Shown: one piece after another, positions 7,998 through 16,841 of the stretch
How positions within the stretch are numbered: position 1 is the stretch's first letter
How the letters are laid out: each line of letters opens with the position of its first letter
DNA from: Candidatus Nanoarchaeia archaeon
GTDB taxonomy: Archaea > Nanobdellota > Nanobdellia > Woesearchaeales > JANQNC01
Direction of reading: 5' to 3'
Length of the DNA stretch: 32,000 nucleotides
Assembly: GCA_028279745.1 (NCBI GenBank)
Contig: JANQNC010000001.1
Coordinates: forward strand, 1,110,001-1,142,000
Made by a program: the position numbers and the translations under genes
The notes under the pieces: model-generated
Told to the model about the DNA's origin: nothing
The model's database searches: none
Seen by the model: the letters and a program-made list of their open reading frames with translations, nothing else

Positions 7998-8243
7998 TAC
8001 TATTACCCCCTGATGAGTTCTATAAGGTATGTGGGTAAAGCAGATATATAAATCTTGTTTTTAATATATAGTTTTTATATAATTTTATTATAATATATTT
8101 TGAAGGTTATCGACGGAAGAATTATTATTTTCTATATTGAAAATAAATAACTGTTTTTTTTAATTTCATTTAAAAAGGGTTGCGAAATGTTTATAAAAAA
8201 GTACGAGCCAAAAACAAGATAGTAATTGGGGGGTCGGTTGACA

Positions 8244-8396
8244 ATGATGGACAAATTAAACAAGACTATGTGCTTCAACTTTATGAAAGTTGAGAATGGA
8301 GTTTTCAAACACAAACAAGTAGAAAAGAAAGACGGACAAGTTTTTCTAAGAATGAAACAAAGACCTGTAGTATTCGTTACAGCAGTTGCTGAGTGA
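8244..8396 (+). CDS. Candidate 50-aa small protein (MMDKLNKTMCFNFMKVENGVFKHKQVEKKDGQVFLRMKQRPVVFVTAVAE)
   Basis: Below the track cutoff. GGGGGGT SD lies ~10 nt upstream, the same SD type as neighbouring genes. TTTATAAAA TATA is near 8189-8198. A T-run follows the stop directly. It is the only coherent ORF in a 486-nt gap. Confidence 0.4.
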   Translation: MMDKLNKTMCFNFMKVENGVFKHKQVEKKDGQVFLRMKQRPVVFVTAVAE

Positions 8397-8483
8397 TTAT
8401 TTTTTCTAAATATTTTTTTTACATTATACCGTTAGGTTTAAATACATATAATTTCTTAAATAGATAAAAAGAGGTAGTTTAGA

Positions 8484-9815
8484 TTGGCAGGAATTTTCAA
8501 AGCTTATGATATAAGAGGAGTTTATGGAGAAGACCTAAGTGAAGACTTGTTCTATAAGATAGGAAGAGCATTTGTTATTATGGCTGGTGCAAAGAAGCTG
8601 GTTGTAGGCCATGATATGAGATTGTCATCGCCACATCTTTCTCAAAGCTTGATCAAAGGTATAATCGATCAAGGCTGTGATGTAGTCGACATAGGGTTAG
8701 CATCAACACCGATGGTCTATTTCGCATCAGGATTCCTTAATCTGGGCTCAATAAACGTAACTGCATCACATAACCCGGCAAAATACAATGGGTGTAAGTT
8801 TACAAGAGATGGAACAATACCTGTTAGTTACGATACTGGAATAAACGAGATAGAAAGATTGGTGAATGAGAACAACTTCCCTGAAGTAGAACAAAAAGGA
8901 AAACTAGAACATAAAAACGTAAAAAGTGAGTATTCGGATCATGTTAAGAAATTTGCAGGAGATATAAATAAAGATCTGAAAATAGTGATAGACTTCGGAA
9001 ACGGGATGGATTCATACACAGTACCGCCCATCTTCTGGGAGTTAGACATTAATTACATACCGATGTATGACAAGCTAGTTGGAAATTTTCCAAATCATGA
9101 AGCAAATCCCTTGAATCCTGATAATATGAAAGACTTGCAGGAGAAGGTTAAGGAAGTCAATGCAGACTTAGGAATAGCTTTTGATGGAGACGGAGACCGA
9201 GTTGGATTTGTGGATGAGAAAGGAGAGATAGTATCTAATGATTTAACAACTGCATTCTTTTCAAAGCACATACTGGCTGAAAATCCTGGAGTGGCAATAT
9301 GTTACGATCTAAGGTCCTCATTAGTTGTACCTGAAGTGATCAATGCAAATGGAGGAAGAGCAGAAATAACTTCAGTAGGACACACACTAATAAAACAAAA
9401 GATGAGAGATGTGGATGCTTTATTTGCAGGTGAACTTTCAGGACATTACTACTTTAAAGAAAATTTTGTAGCAGACTCAGCAATAATAGCTGCAGTGAAA
9501 TTTTTGACTTTGTTAACAAAAGAAGGCAAATCAGTGAGTGAGGTATTTAGTGAGTATAGAAAGTATGTTTCATCTGGTGAGGTTAATTCAGAAGTTCAAG
9601 ACAAAGATGCAATAATAAACGAACTAAAAGGAGAACATTACTTAGATGCAAAAGAAGTCCATGACTTTGATGGTGTTTTGAAAAGGTATGACGACTGGTG
9701 GTTCTTAGTAAGGCCGTCTAACACAGAACCTTTGTTAAGATTGATAGTAGAAGCAAAAACAGAAGAGTTAATGAAAGAAAAAGTAGATGAGTTATTGAAT
9801 ATTATCAGAAAGTAG
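8484..9815 (+). CDS. Phosphomannomutase / phosphoglucomutase (alpha-D-phosphohexomutase family)
   Basis: Active-site TASHNPAKYNG, Mg-binding FDGDGDRVGF, and GELSGHYYF. A TTG start is forced: a stop at 8475-8477 precedes it and the conserved FKAYDIRG begins at residue 5. SD AGAGGT is upstream. Confidence 0.9.
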   Translation: MAGIFKAYDIRGVYGEDLSEDLFYKIGRAFVIMAGAKKLVVGHDMRLSSPHLSQSLIKGIIDQGCDVVDIGLASTPMVYFASGFLNLGSINVTASHNPAKYNGCKFTRDGTIPVSYDTGINEIERLVNENNFPEVEQKGKLEHKNVKSEYSDHVKKFAGDINKDLKIVIDFGNGMDSYTVPPIFWELDINYIPMYDKLVGNFPNHEANPLNPDNMKDLQEKVKEVNADLGIAFDGDGDRVGFVDEKGEIVSNDLTTAFFSKHILAENPGVAICYDLRSSLVVPEVINANGGRAEITSVGHTLIKQKMRDVDALFAGELSGHYYFKENFVADSAIIAAVKFLTLLTKEGKSVSEVFSEYRKYVSSGEVNSEVQDKDAIINELKGEHYLDAKEVHDFDGVLKRYDDWWFLVRPSNTEPLLRLIVEAKTEELMKEKVDELLNIIRK

Positions 9816-9872
9816 ATGTTTCTTTTAAAACAAAATGGAAAAATATAAAAGAGAGAGTGATAAGTTTAGATT

Positions 9873-10118
9873 ATGGCAGGTGAATTTGATAATCAAAGAG
9901 TTCCAATGTACTTCTGGAAAAAAGTAGAAGATCTAATACGGCAGTATAAAACAGATCTGACACAAGAAGAATTTGTAGCAATAATGGCTGATGTACAAAA
10001 AGACTTCAAAGTTAGAGACGGAGTGTCAATAGAAGAGACAGACCATCAGTTCTTAGCAAAAGTAGATTCAAGAATAAGACAGATCTTAAATGATAAATAT
10101 GGGAAAGAATTTGATTAA
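9873..10118 (+). CDS. Hypothetical small protein (81 aa)
   Basis: Clean ORF with a GTGAT SD-like element upstream. No recognisable motif. Confidence 0.5.
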   Translation: MAGEFDNQRVPMYFWKKVEDLIRQYKTDLTQEEFVAIMADVQKDFKVRDGVSIEETDHQFLAKVDSRIRQILNDKYGKEFD

Positions 10119-10753
10119 TTTCTTGCTATAGTGCTAGGACTTTTTCTACCAACACAAGGACCATCTTCAGTTTTTAGACCAACAGCTTCTAAATTTGTTC
10201 TAACTGATCTTGCACAGCTGTAAGTAGCTAAAGTCGCATCAGGTTTCAGTCTATCTTTGATCTCTTTAAAAAAATCTTCAGTCCACAGTTCAGGGCACTT
10301 TTTAGGAGAAAAAGGATCAAGGAAAATACAGTCAAACTTTTCTTTTATCTCTTTTATTGTCTGTCTAGCATCGCCCATTATGAGTTTTATGGTTATTTCT
10401 TTATTGTTGTATGTTCCTTTGTATTCAAGATTGGTTGCAACTTCTTTGATTATGCTCCAGCATTTGAATTCTGGATTAATGTTGTTTACTTGTTTGACTA
10501 TGTTAAGATCATTCTCTAAAGCGAGGATCGTAATCTTTTTACCTTTGAATGCATCAATGGCTGCAGCAGTGTTATACCCGATACCAAAACAGACATCAAG
10601 AATCGTTAGCGCATCTTGGTAATCGCTTATTTTACAGGGTTCAACAAATTTCTTAATTGCTTCTTCTTTAGCACCAGAAGTAGAATGATAAGTTTCATCA
10701 AATTCTTCTGAATGGAAAGTAATAGAATTATCACTTGTTAAGATCTGCTTCAT
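10115..10753 (-). CDS. MnmC-like SAM-dependent methyltransferase (stand-alone DUF752/Methyltransf_30 domain)
   Basis: ILDVCFGIGYN (SAM motif I). FDCIFLDPFSPKKCPELWTEDFFKEI...ATLATYSCARSVRTNLEAVG matches the DAWFLDGFAPAKNPxMW...TLATFT..G.VRR.L core of the MnmC methyltransferase domain. Confidence 0.7.
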   Translation of the reverse strand: MKQILTSDNSITFHSEEFDETYHSTSGAKEEAIKKFVEPCKISDYQDALTILDVCFGIGYNTAAAIDAFKGKKITILALENDLNIVKQVNNINPEFKCWSIIKEVATNLEYKGTYNNKEITIKLIMGDARQTIKEIKEKFDCIFLDPFSPKKCPELWTEDFFKEIKDRLKPDATLATYSCARSVRTNLEAVGLKTEDGPCVGRKSPSTIARN

Positions 10754-11765
10754 CGTCAGCTTCCTTCAACTTTTCAAGAATATATTTCAAGGCTTTATCA
10801 GAATTTTCTAGGTTTATTATTGCGCCGCCAACAGTATAGTGGCCTCCGCCAGACTTTTCACCAAACTTTTTGCCAACATTTGCACATAATAACCCGATAT
10901 CAAGCATACACCAATCCTTATGGAAAATGTTACAGTTAACACTTATCCTAGCAAGATCGCGCTCTATAGGTTTGATCCTAACATTATAGTTTGCTTCTGG
11001 GAATTTGGTATAAGCATAAAACCTGTCAGCCAATCCTTTAGTAAATTTAACTTTTCGATCATCCTGAACAACACAGTCATGCTCTTCATCATAGTAGATA
11101 TATTCATCAACTTCCTTTCTCCAGATAGCAAAACCTTCTAATTGCGCTCTGTAAAACATCATAGGATTAAGTTTTTGAAGTTCAGTTCCTTCTACAGGAG
11201 TCTCACCTAAATTAATTGTTAACAATGTTTTTAGAACCTGTTGATTCAAATAATTATCATTAGTGTGGATCATAGCAAGAACCATGACTGCCTTTTGGAG
11301 ATCTGTTGGATTGTCGTAATTGTTTTGAAGATGATAACATTCCTTAATCTCTTCAGCAGAATATTCTGCAGTGTCAATCTTATCGATAGTCTCTTTGTAT
11401 CTTTTTATTTCATCTGAGAGAGTCGCGCCTTTCTCTTCGGCCAATTCTATAAGAAAACCAGAACAGCTAGGAGCTTCTTTCCAGAAGTAGTTGTTTTTTT
11501 CTTCTTTAGGCTTAGAAGTCAGATGATGATCTGCCCAAAAGAAAACTTTTGTTAAAGGTTGAGGTAAATCAACAACAATATCATCTTCATGAAACTCAAA
11601 CGATTCAGTTTGAACATCGCCAGGATAAGTTCCAACAACATCAATATCTTTTAGTTCCTCTTCCGAAATCTCTTTACCTGTCAACTCTTTAAAGAATTTT
11701 TTAACCATAAACGCACTAGAGTAACCATCTAAGCATCCCAAATGCGTAATAATCCTATGAACCAT
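10731..11765 (-). CDS. DHH/DHHA1-family phosphoesterase (NrnA/NrnB-like)
   Basis: N-terminal ITHLGCLDGYSSA, a DHH motif (FWADHHLT) and the DHHA1 motif GGGHYTVGGA. It overlaps the downstream methyltransferase gene by 23 nt. TATATTTAAATAAG lies ~25 nt upstream of the ATG. Confidence 0.7.
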   Translation of the reverse strand: MVHRIITHLGCLDGYSSAFMVKKFFKELTGKEISEEELKDIDVVGTYPGDVQTESFEFHEDDIVVDLPQPLTKVFFWADHHLTSKPKEEKNNYFWKEAPSCSGFLIELAEEKGATLSDEIKRYKETIDKIDTAEYSAEEIKECYHLQNNYDNPTDLQKAVMVLAMIHTNDNYLNQQVLKTLLTINLGETPVEGTELQKLNPMMFYRAQLEGFAIWRKEVDEYIYYDEEHDCVVQDDRKVKFTKGLADRFYAYTKFPEANYNVRIKPIERDLARISVNCNIFHKDWCMLDIGLLCANVGKKFGEKSGGGHYTVGGAIINLENSDKALKYILEKLKEADDEADLNK

Positions 11766-11844
11766 AGCTACAGAGGAAAGTTATCTTATTTAAATATAGC
11801 AGTCCAAAAGTTTATATACCCCTTATTCTTGAAATGAGTAAAAA

Positions 11845-11865
11845 GAGCGTGATAGAAAGTCGCTC
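11845..11865 (-). repeat. Hairpin-family copy on the minus strand: GAGCG-ACTTTCTATCA-CGCTC followed by TTTTTAC (minus-strand reading)
   Basis: 5-bp stem with an 11-nt loop. The loop core CTTTCTATC matches CTTCCTATC of copy 1. A second small hairpin (CAAG-ATTT-CTTG, 11866-11877) is adjacent. Confidence 0.45.
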
Positions 11866-11901
11866 CAAGATTTCTTGGGGAAAGTGGGAGGTTGAGGTAA
11901 G

Positions 11902-12675
11902 ATGGTAACACTATTTAGGAAGAAAAAGAAACAAGAGGAGAAGAAACCAGAAGTTTTTAACACAGTCAAAGCAACAGACATGGTATCAACCTTATTCTAC
12001 CTTAGTCAAGGGATAAAAAAAGAAGAAAATAGACCTTATAGTGCAGTCTATGAACCAGACACAAGAACACTAAAAAGACATGATGATCCTTCACTAAACA
12101 GGGAGGGAAGCATACAAACAAAATACCATTCTATAAATAGATCCACTGTGAACGTGAATGAACTAGAACTAATCGCAAAAAGTTTATACAAAAAAACAGA
12201 AGGATTTGAAGAATTCCAAGAAGGACTAAAAGAACTTGGAGTCTATATACTAACGCTAAAACATCACAATGGTGCTGTGGGGATGGTTGCACACCCTATT
12301 AAGCATGAAGGAATAAGTATTGATGTAGAAATCGCAAAAAGCGGAGAGGATGGAGTTTATTCATATAATCCAACTTTCCATAATGTAAGAATAAAACAAT
12401 CTCAATATCCAAGAACTGAAGAGGAAACAAAAATACTTAGAGCAGTGGGAGATAAGTTGGATTCAAGACTTGTAAAAGCAGGTTCAGACTATCCTGTGGA
12501 AATGAGGATAAATTCTACAGAGGATATGCATATGATGCAAGGACCAGTACAACTTAAAGATCTTAAAAAGAGCTGTGAAAATCTGGAAAGGCTGGAGTGG
12601 GTGTATGTGCAATACTTACACCAAGAGTCGCAAGAGATTGCAGCAAAAATAGATAAAATTATGAAAAACAAATGA
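11902..12675 (+). CDS. Hypothetical protein heading the pyr operon
   Basis: 257-aa ORF with a strong SD (GGAGGT, GAGGT) upstream. It ends 14 nt before pyrF. No recognisable motif. Confidence 0.6.
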   Translation: MVTLFRKKKKQEEKKPEVFNTVKATDMVSTLFYLSQGIKKEENRPYSAVYEPDTRTLKRHDDPSLNREGSIQTKYHSINRSTVNVNELELIAKSLYKKTEGFEEFQEGLKELGVYILTLKHHNGAVGMVAHPIKHEGISIDVEIAKSGEDGVYSYNPTFHNVRIKQSQYPRTEEETKILRAVGDKLDSRLVKAGSDYPVEMRINSTEDMHMMQGPVQLKDLKKSCENLERLEWVYVQYLHQESQEIAAKIDKIMKNK

Positions 12676-12689
12676 GGTGAAAAGTAAAA

Positions 12690-13520
12690 ATGAAAGAATA
12701 TGGATTAGTATTGTCTAACGACGTAAAAGACCCTGAACAGATGTTGAGGGTGACCGAGCAGTCCAAAGAATTTATTGATGGAGTAAAAATAGGAATAACA
12801 TCATCAATGCTTCCAGGAGTAGAAGTTTTCAAAAGAGTAAAAGACATATTAGGAGACGATGTCGCACTCTTAGCAGATTACAAAGTAGCAGACATAGGAT
12901 TCACAAATAAAAAATCAGGAGATTGGGAAGGGACAAACCAAAAAATAGTTGAAACACTATCAAATGCAGGAGCAGACTACATCACGTGTCATACAATAAC
13001 AGGAATCGCAAGCATAGAAGAAAGTGTATCAACAGCTCACGCTAACGGTGCAAAAGTTCTTACACTACCTTACATGACACACAAAGGAGCAAACCTATTC
13101 TTCGGAATGCCTTTGGGAGAAGTACAAAGACAACATATGATAAACGAGTTTGAAGCATATGGGTTGAAAAAAGAGGAAAATGAACAGTTGTATGGGATGG
13201 TCAATAAAGCAAACACAGTTACAGATCTGATACTAATGTTAGGGAACCACTTCAACGTTGACGGCTATATAGGGCCTGGAAACAATCCAGATGTAATAAA
13301 GAACTACAGATCTTTCACACAAGATGAGGTCTGGAGTCCTGGGTTTGGGCGACAAGATAAAAAAGGAAGAAACCTTGATGAACAAATTGCAGAATGGGCT
13401 CCGCTAGTAGGACCTAAATCAGCAATGATTGTAGGATCATTAATCTACAAAGCAGATGATCCAAATCAAGCAGCGAGAGAAGTGATGGAAACAAGAGATA
13501 AGGTTGTAAGCAACCTTTAA
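12690..13520 (+). CDS. pyrF: Orotidine 5'-phosphate decarboxylase
   Basis: DxKxxDIxxT motif (LLADYKVADIGFTN), VKIG, SPGFGRQ and the C-terminal IVGSLIYKADDP. SD GAGGTGA. Context is next to pyrD, pyrK and pyrC. Confidence 0.8.
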   Translation: MKEYGLVLSNDVKDPEQMLRVTEQSKEFIDGVKIGITSSMLPGVEVFKRVKDILGDDVALLADYKVADIGFTNKKSGDWEGTNQKIVETLSNAGADYITCHTITGIASIEESVSTAHANGAKVLTLPYMTHKGANLFFGMPLGEVQRQHMINEFEAYGLKKEENEQLYGMVNKANTVTDLILMLGNHFNVDGYIGPGNNPDVIKNYRSFTQDEVWSPGFGRQDKKGRNLDEQIAEWAPLVGPKSAMIVGSLIYKADDPNQAAREVMETRDKVVSNL

Positions 13521-13537
13521 CTTTTCTTTTTTAGAAA

Positions 13538-14512
13538 ATGCCGAAATTAAAACTAGACATTCCGTTGGTGAATGGGTGCGGGATAGGATCATATCTAGAC
13601 TTATTTGAACTGATGGAGAAAAAAGGAGCGTGCTTTGGGGGATATATTCCAAAATCAATCGGACCTTTTTCTGATTCTGAAGCACTAAGAAAAAAGTTCG
13701 GATGGGAAAGAGAAAAACAAGGAAACCCAAACCCGACAGTGATAAGCACAGGAGCTGTTGAACTAAACTCAATGGCACTGCCCTCACATCCAGTAGAAGG
13801 ATGGAGGGGTGAGTTAGCGCAAACAACACTGAACGTTCCAATAATAGTATCAATATGGGGAAAAGAACCAGAAGATTATTTAAGAATTGCAGATATGGTC
13901 AAACAATACTTCTCAGCTTTGCAGATAAACATATCATGTCCAAATAAACAAGAAGGGGAAAGGAGCGTGATGGAAGAGATGACTTCACAAGTTGAGGCAA
14001 TAGTAAAACCAGTAAGAGATAATGTAGATCTACCTTTGATAGTAAAACTATCTCCTAATGAAGATTATCTGGCAGTAGCTAATGTTGTTATGCCCTATGT
14101 TGACTATCTTTGCTGTGGAAACACATTAGGACCGGGATTAGTTATAGATATCCATTCAAAAAAACCAGTACTTGCAGGAAAGGATGGGGGGATGTCCGGA
14201 GCAGCAATAAAACCAAAAACGATGAAGATGGTCAATGATGTCTATGAAGCGGCAAAAGAATCAGATGTTGGAGTGTGGGCATCAGGCGGAATAAGAAATT
14301 GGGAAGATATTATAGAATACGCAATAGCTGGAGCATCAACATTTGAATTAGGAACAGAAGTCTTTTCAAAGAAAGCAGCCGATGGAAGACTTGTAGGAAG
14401 ACCAACAGATGAAGTAGTCCAAGTTACAAAAGATATCTGGGAAGGAACACAGCAATACCTAAGACAAAATAACACGACACTAGACAATCTAGTTGGGAGC
14501 CTAGAAAAATGA
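13538..14512 (+). CDS. pyrD: Dihydroorotate dehydrogenase, class 1B catalytic subunit
   Basis: NISCPN active-site Cys motif, GGMSGAAIKP and ASGGI. An ATGA overlap joins it to the downstream pyrK-like gene. Confidence 0.85.
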   Translation: MPKLKLDIPLVNGCGIGSYLDLFELMEKKGACFGGYIPKSIGPFSDSEALRKKFGWEREKQGNPNPTVISTGAVELNSMALPSHPVEGWRGELAQTTLNVPIIVSIWGKEPEDYLRIADMVKQYFSALQINISCPNKQEGERSVMEEMTSQVEAIVKPVRDNVDLPLIVKLSPNEDYLAVANVVMPYVDYLCCGNTLGPGLVIDIHSKKPVLAGKDGGMSGAAIKPKTMKMVNDVYEAAKESDVGVWASGGIRNWEDIIEYAIAGASTFELGTEVFSKKAADGRLVGRPTDEVVQVTKDIWEGTQQYLRQNNTTLDNLVGSLEK

Positions 14513-15297
14513 AGAACAATTACCATCACACAAAAATAACCAAGATAGACGAACATAACGAAGATTACAGAAGCTTTACACTAGACACAATACTGGATTC
14601 AAAAGCAGGACAGTTTGTAATGGTGTGTCTTCCTGGAGTGGATGAAAAACCATTTTCTCTAAGTGCACCAAACCGAATAACAGTAAAAAAAGTAGGGCCT
14701 TTTACAGAGAAATTTTTCGAGAAAAAAGAAGGAGACTCTTTAGGCATAAGAGGGCCATATGGTAATGGATTCCCAAGCTCGTATCTTAATACTGCAATCG
14801 GAGGAGGATGTGGGATAGCACCACTAATGCATCTTGTTAGTGGGGGTTCAACACCACAAGTTACAAAATTTGTGTTAGCAGGAAAAACAAAATCAGAACT
14901 ATTGTTTCTGGAGGACATAACAAAAGCATTGGAAAATAATAGGAGCTATGAAAAAACAGAGATCATCACAGTAACAGATGACGGTTCTCATGGAACAAAA
15001 GGAGTTGCATCAGATCTTGTTCTTCCAAAATCAGAACATAACTATTTCATATGTGGGCCTGAAGTTATGATGCAGAAGGTAGCAGAAAAACTAGTGGCTA
15101 CTGAAGTAGATCCTTCAAAAATATTCTTAAGCCTGGAGAGATATATGAAATGTGCAGTAGGATTATGTGGAAATTGTCTAGTATCAGGATACAGAGTTTG
15201 TGCAGACGGACCTGTGTTTGGATATGACACTGTAAAAGACTTAAGACACTTCAACAAATATGAAAGAACAAGAACGGGAGAACTGGTGAAGAAATGA
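14509..15297 (+). CDS. pyrK: Dihydroorotate dehydrogenase electron-transfer subunit (FAD and 2Fe-2S)
   Basis: Ferredoxin-reductase-like fold (GQFVMV, GPYGNGF, GGGCGIAPL). C-terminal Cys cluster MKCAVGLCGNCLVSGYRVCADGPVF. ATGA overlaps on both sides. Confidence 0.85.
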   Translation: MKNNYHHTKITKIDEHNEDYRSFTLDTILDSKAGQFVMVCLPGVDEKPFSLSAPNRITVKKVGPFTEKFFEKKEGDSLGIRGPYGNGFPSSYLNTAIGGGCGIAPLMHLVSGGSTPQVTKFVLAGKTKSELLFLEDITKALENNRSYEKTEIITVTDDGSHGTKGVASDLVLPKSEHNYFICGPEVMMQKVAEKLVATEVDPSKIFLSLERYMKCAVGLCGNCLVSGYRVCADGPVFGYDTVKDLRHFNKYERTRTGELVKK

Positions 15298-16391
15298 TTG
15301 GTCCACATACACACTTTAGGGACTGGCAGCAAAGCAAAAAAGAAACACTTTATCATGGACTTAAAATAGCTTATCTAGCAGGATTTGATGGTGTGTTTGA
15401 GATGCCAAATACAGCACCTGCAATAACAACAAGAGATCTGTTAGAAAGAAGAGTGGAGTTAGGAGACAAAGCAATATACCAACTGGAAAAAGAGATCAAA
15501 GATTTCAAAATATTTCATGCAGTATATGCGGGGATAACAGCTAGCACAAAACAGATTGGGGTTATGGTAAAAGCATATAACGACTTGTTCCCAAGAGTTG
15601 TAGCACTAAAAGAGTTTGTAGGGCAATCAACAGGCAATATGGGAATAATCAAAGAAGAACAACAAAAAAGAGTTCCTCAAGTATTAGTTGCATCAGGTTA
15701 TGAAGGGGTTGTAAGTTTACATTGTGAAGAAGAATCTTTGATGGGGGGATTAAAGTTTGATCATAAAGATCCTTTTACACACACTCAAGCAAGACCGCCA
15801 CAAGCAGAAACATACTCTGCGCAAAAACAGATAGAATTCTATCAAGAAGCAGGATTCAAAGGAACATTAAACATATGTCACATCTCAGCACCAGAAACAT
15901 TATTTGCGGTGGAAAAAATGAGAGATAAAGTTGGGTTTAAGATAACAACAGAGCTAACACCACATCATGCAATGATGTATGATAAAATGATGGAAGGAAA
16001 AGATGGTTTGTTGCTAAAGATGAACCCTCCACTAAGACCAAAAGAGATGCAGGAATTCATGTTCAAAGCATTGATGGAAGGAAGAATAGACTGGATAGGG
16101 ACAGACCATGCACCACATACATTAGAAGACAAGGTAGATCCCAATAAAGAAGAACCATTTGCGTCAGGTATTCCGGGACTACCTTATTATCCAAAGTTCA
16201 TACAAGTTCTGAAGGATGAAGGCATCAGTGACTATATGCTAGACAGAATAACACACGATAACATAGTACATACATTTGGGATAGATCCTTCTTTGATACC
16301 GAACACAAAACGAGCAGGACTGCAAAACGACTGGGAGATAGAAAGACTAGCTTTAGCTTATGAGTTTGATGCTTTTGAGAAAGTGAGATGA
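15294..16391 (+). CDS. pyrC: Dihydroorotase (short N-terminus)
   Basis: HxH metal motif at residues 5-7 (MIGPHTHFRD), ALKEF (carboxylated-Lys region), ICHIS and GTDHAPHTLEDK. An in-frame stop at 15288-15290 excludes a longer N-terminus. Confidence 0.85.
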   Translation: MIGPHTHFRDWQQSKKETLYHGLKIAYLAGFDGVFEMPNTAPAITTRDLLERRVELGDKAIYQLEKEIKDFKIFHAVYAGITASTKQIGVMVKAYNDLFPRVVALKEFVGQSTGNMGIIKEEQQKRVPQVLVASGYEGVVSLHCEEESLMGGLKFDHKDPFTHTQARPPQAETYSAQKQIEFYQEAGFKGTLNICHISAPETLFAVEKMRDKVGFKITTELTPHHAMMYDKMMEGKDGLLLKMNPPLRPKEMQEFMFKALMEGRIDWIGTDHAPHTLEDKVDPNKEEPFASGIPGLPYYPKFIQVLKDEGISDYMLDRITHDNIVHTFGIDPSLIPNTKRAGLQNDWEIERLALAYEFDAFEKVR

Positions 16392-16405
16392 ATTTTGTTA
16401 AACTA

Positions 16406-16666
16406 TCATTTTTTTAACTTGTCCCTGATAAGCTTACCCGCAGGCTTTAACTCATATAATCTTCCTGTCTTTTCTTTAGGATTCAAGCATTTAATGAGAC
16501 CTCTTCTGTTGAGATCATTAAGCACCCTGCTTGTGTTATTCAAAGAATATCCAGATTTTTTTGCAATTTCTGTAGGAGTCTCCTGACCCTCAATGTTGAT
16601 GATTATCTCTCTCCTTTGCTTACCTCTCTTGATCCAGCTAAGGTTTTCTGTATCTTTATAGGGCAT
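16406..16666 (-). CDS. Small winged-helix (ArsR/MarR-like) transcriptional regulator
   Basis: RGKQRREIIINIEGQETPTEIAKKSGYSLNNTSRVLNDLNRRGLIKCLNPKEKTGRLYELKPAG shows the typical HTH plus wing pattern of small archaeal wHTH regulators. Confidence 0.7.
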   Translation of the reverse strand: MPYKDTENLSWIKRGKQRREIIINIEGQETPTEIAKKSGYSLNNTSRVLNDLNRRGLIKCLNPKEKTGRLYELKPAGKLIRDKLKK

Positions 16667-16773
16667 ATTTATCTCTTGAAATGATCATTATAATAATTCT
16701 ACTTCCAATCTATACTCAATCTACAACCAAAAAATTTATATAGTCATACAACCGAATAGTTTATTAAGTGTTT

Positions 16774-16822
16774 GATGTGATATATACTAATCAATACTAT
16801 TTAAGTTGTTGTGATAGTATAC
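16774..16822. promoter_or_regulatory. Direct repeat GATGTGATATATACT / GTTGTGATAGTATACT, spaced ~33 bp, in the divergent wHTH / small-ORF control region (candidate operator)
   Basis: Read directly at 16774-16788 and 16807-16822. The spacing is about three helical turns. Confidence 0.3.
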
Positions 16823-16841
16823 TGGAGGGATCATAAGAACA

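Noticed and set aside
8009-8017. CTGATGAG resembling a C-box (RUGAUGA) of a C/D box sRNA
   Set aside because: No D box (CUGA) or C'/D' boxes occur at the appropriate spacing. On the minus strand the segment is simply the GGGGGT SD region of the gene at 7692..7997.
8132-8314. 60-aa minus-strand ORF in the 7998-8483 gap
   Set aside because: Its sequence is low-complexity and I/F/N-rich, with no SD. The opposite strand carries a better-supported 50-aa ORF with an SD, a TATA and a T-run.
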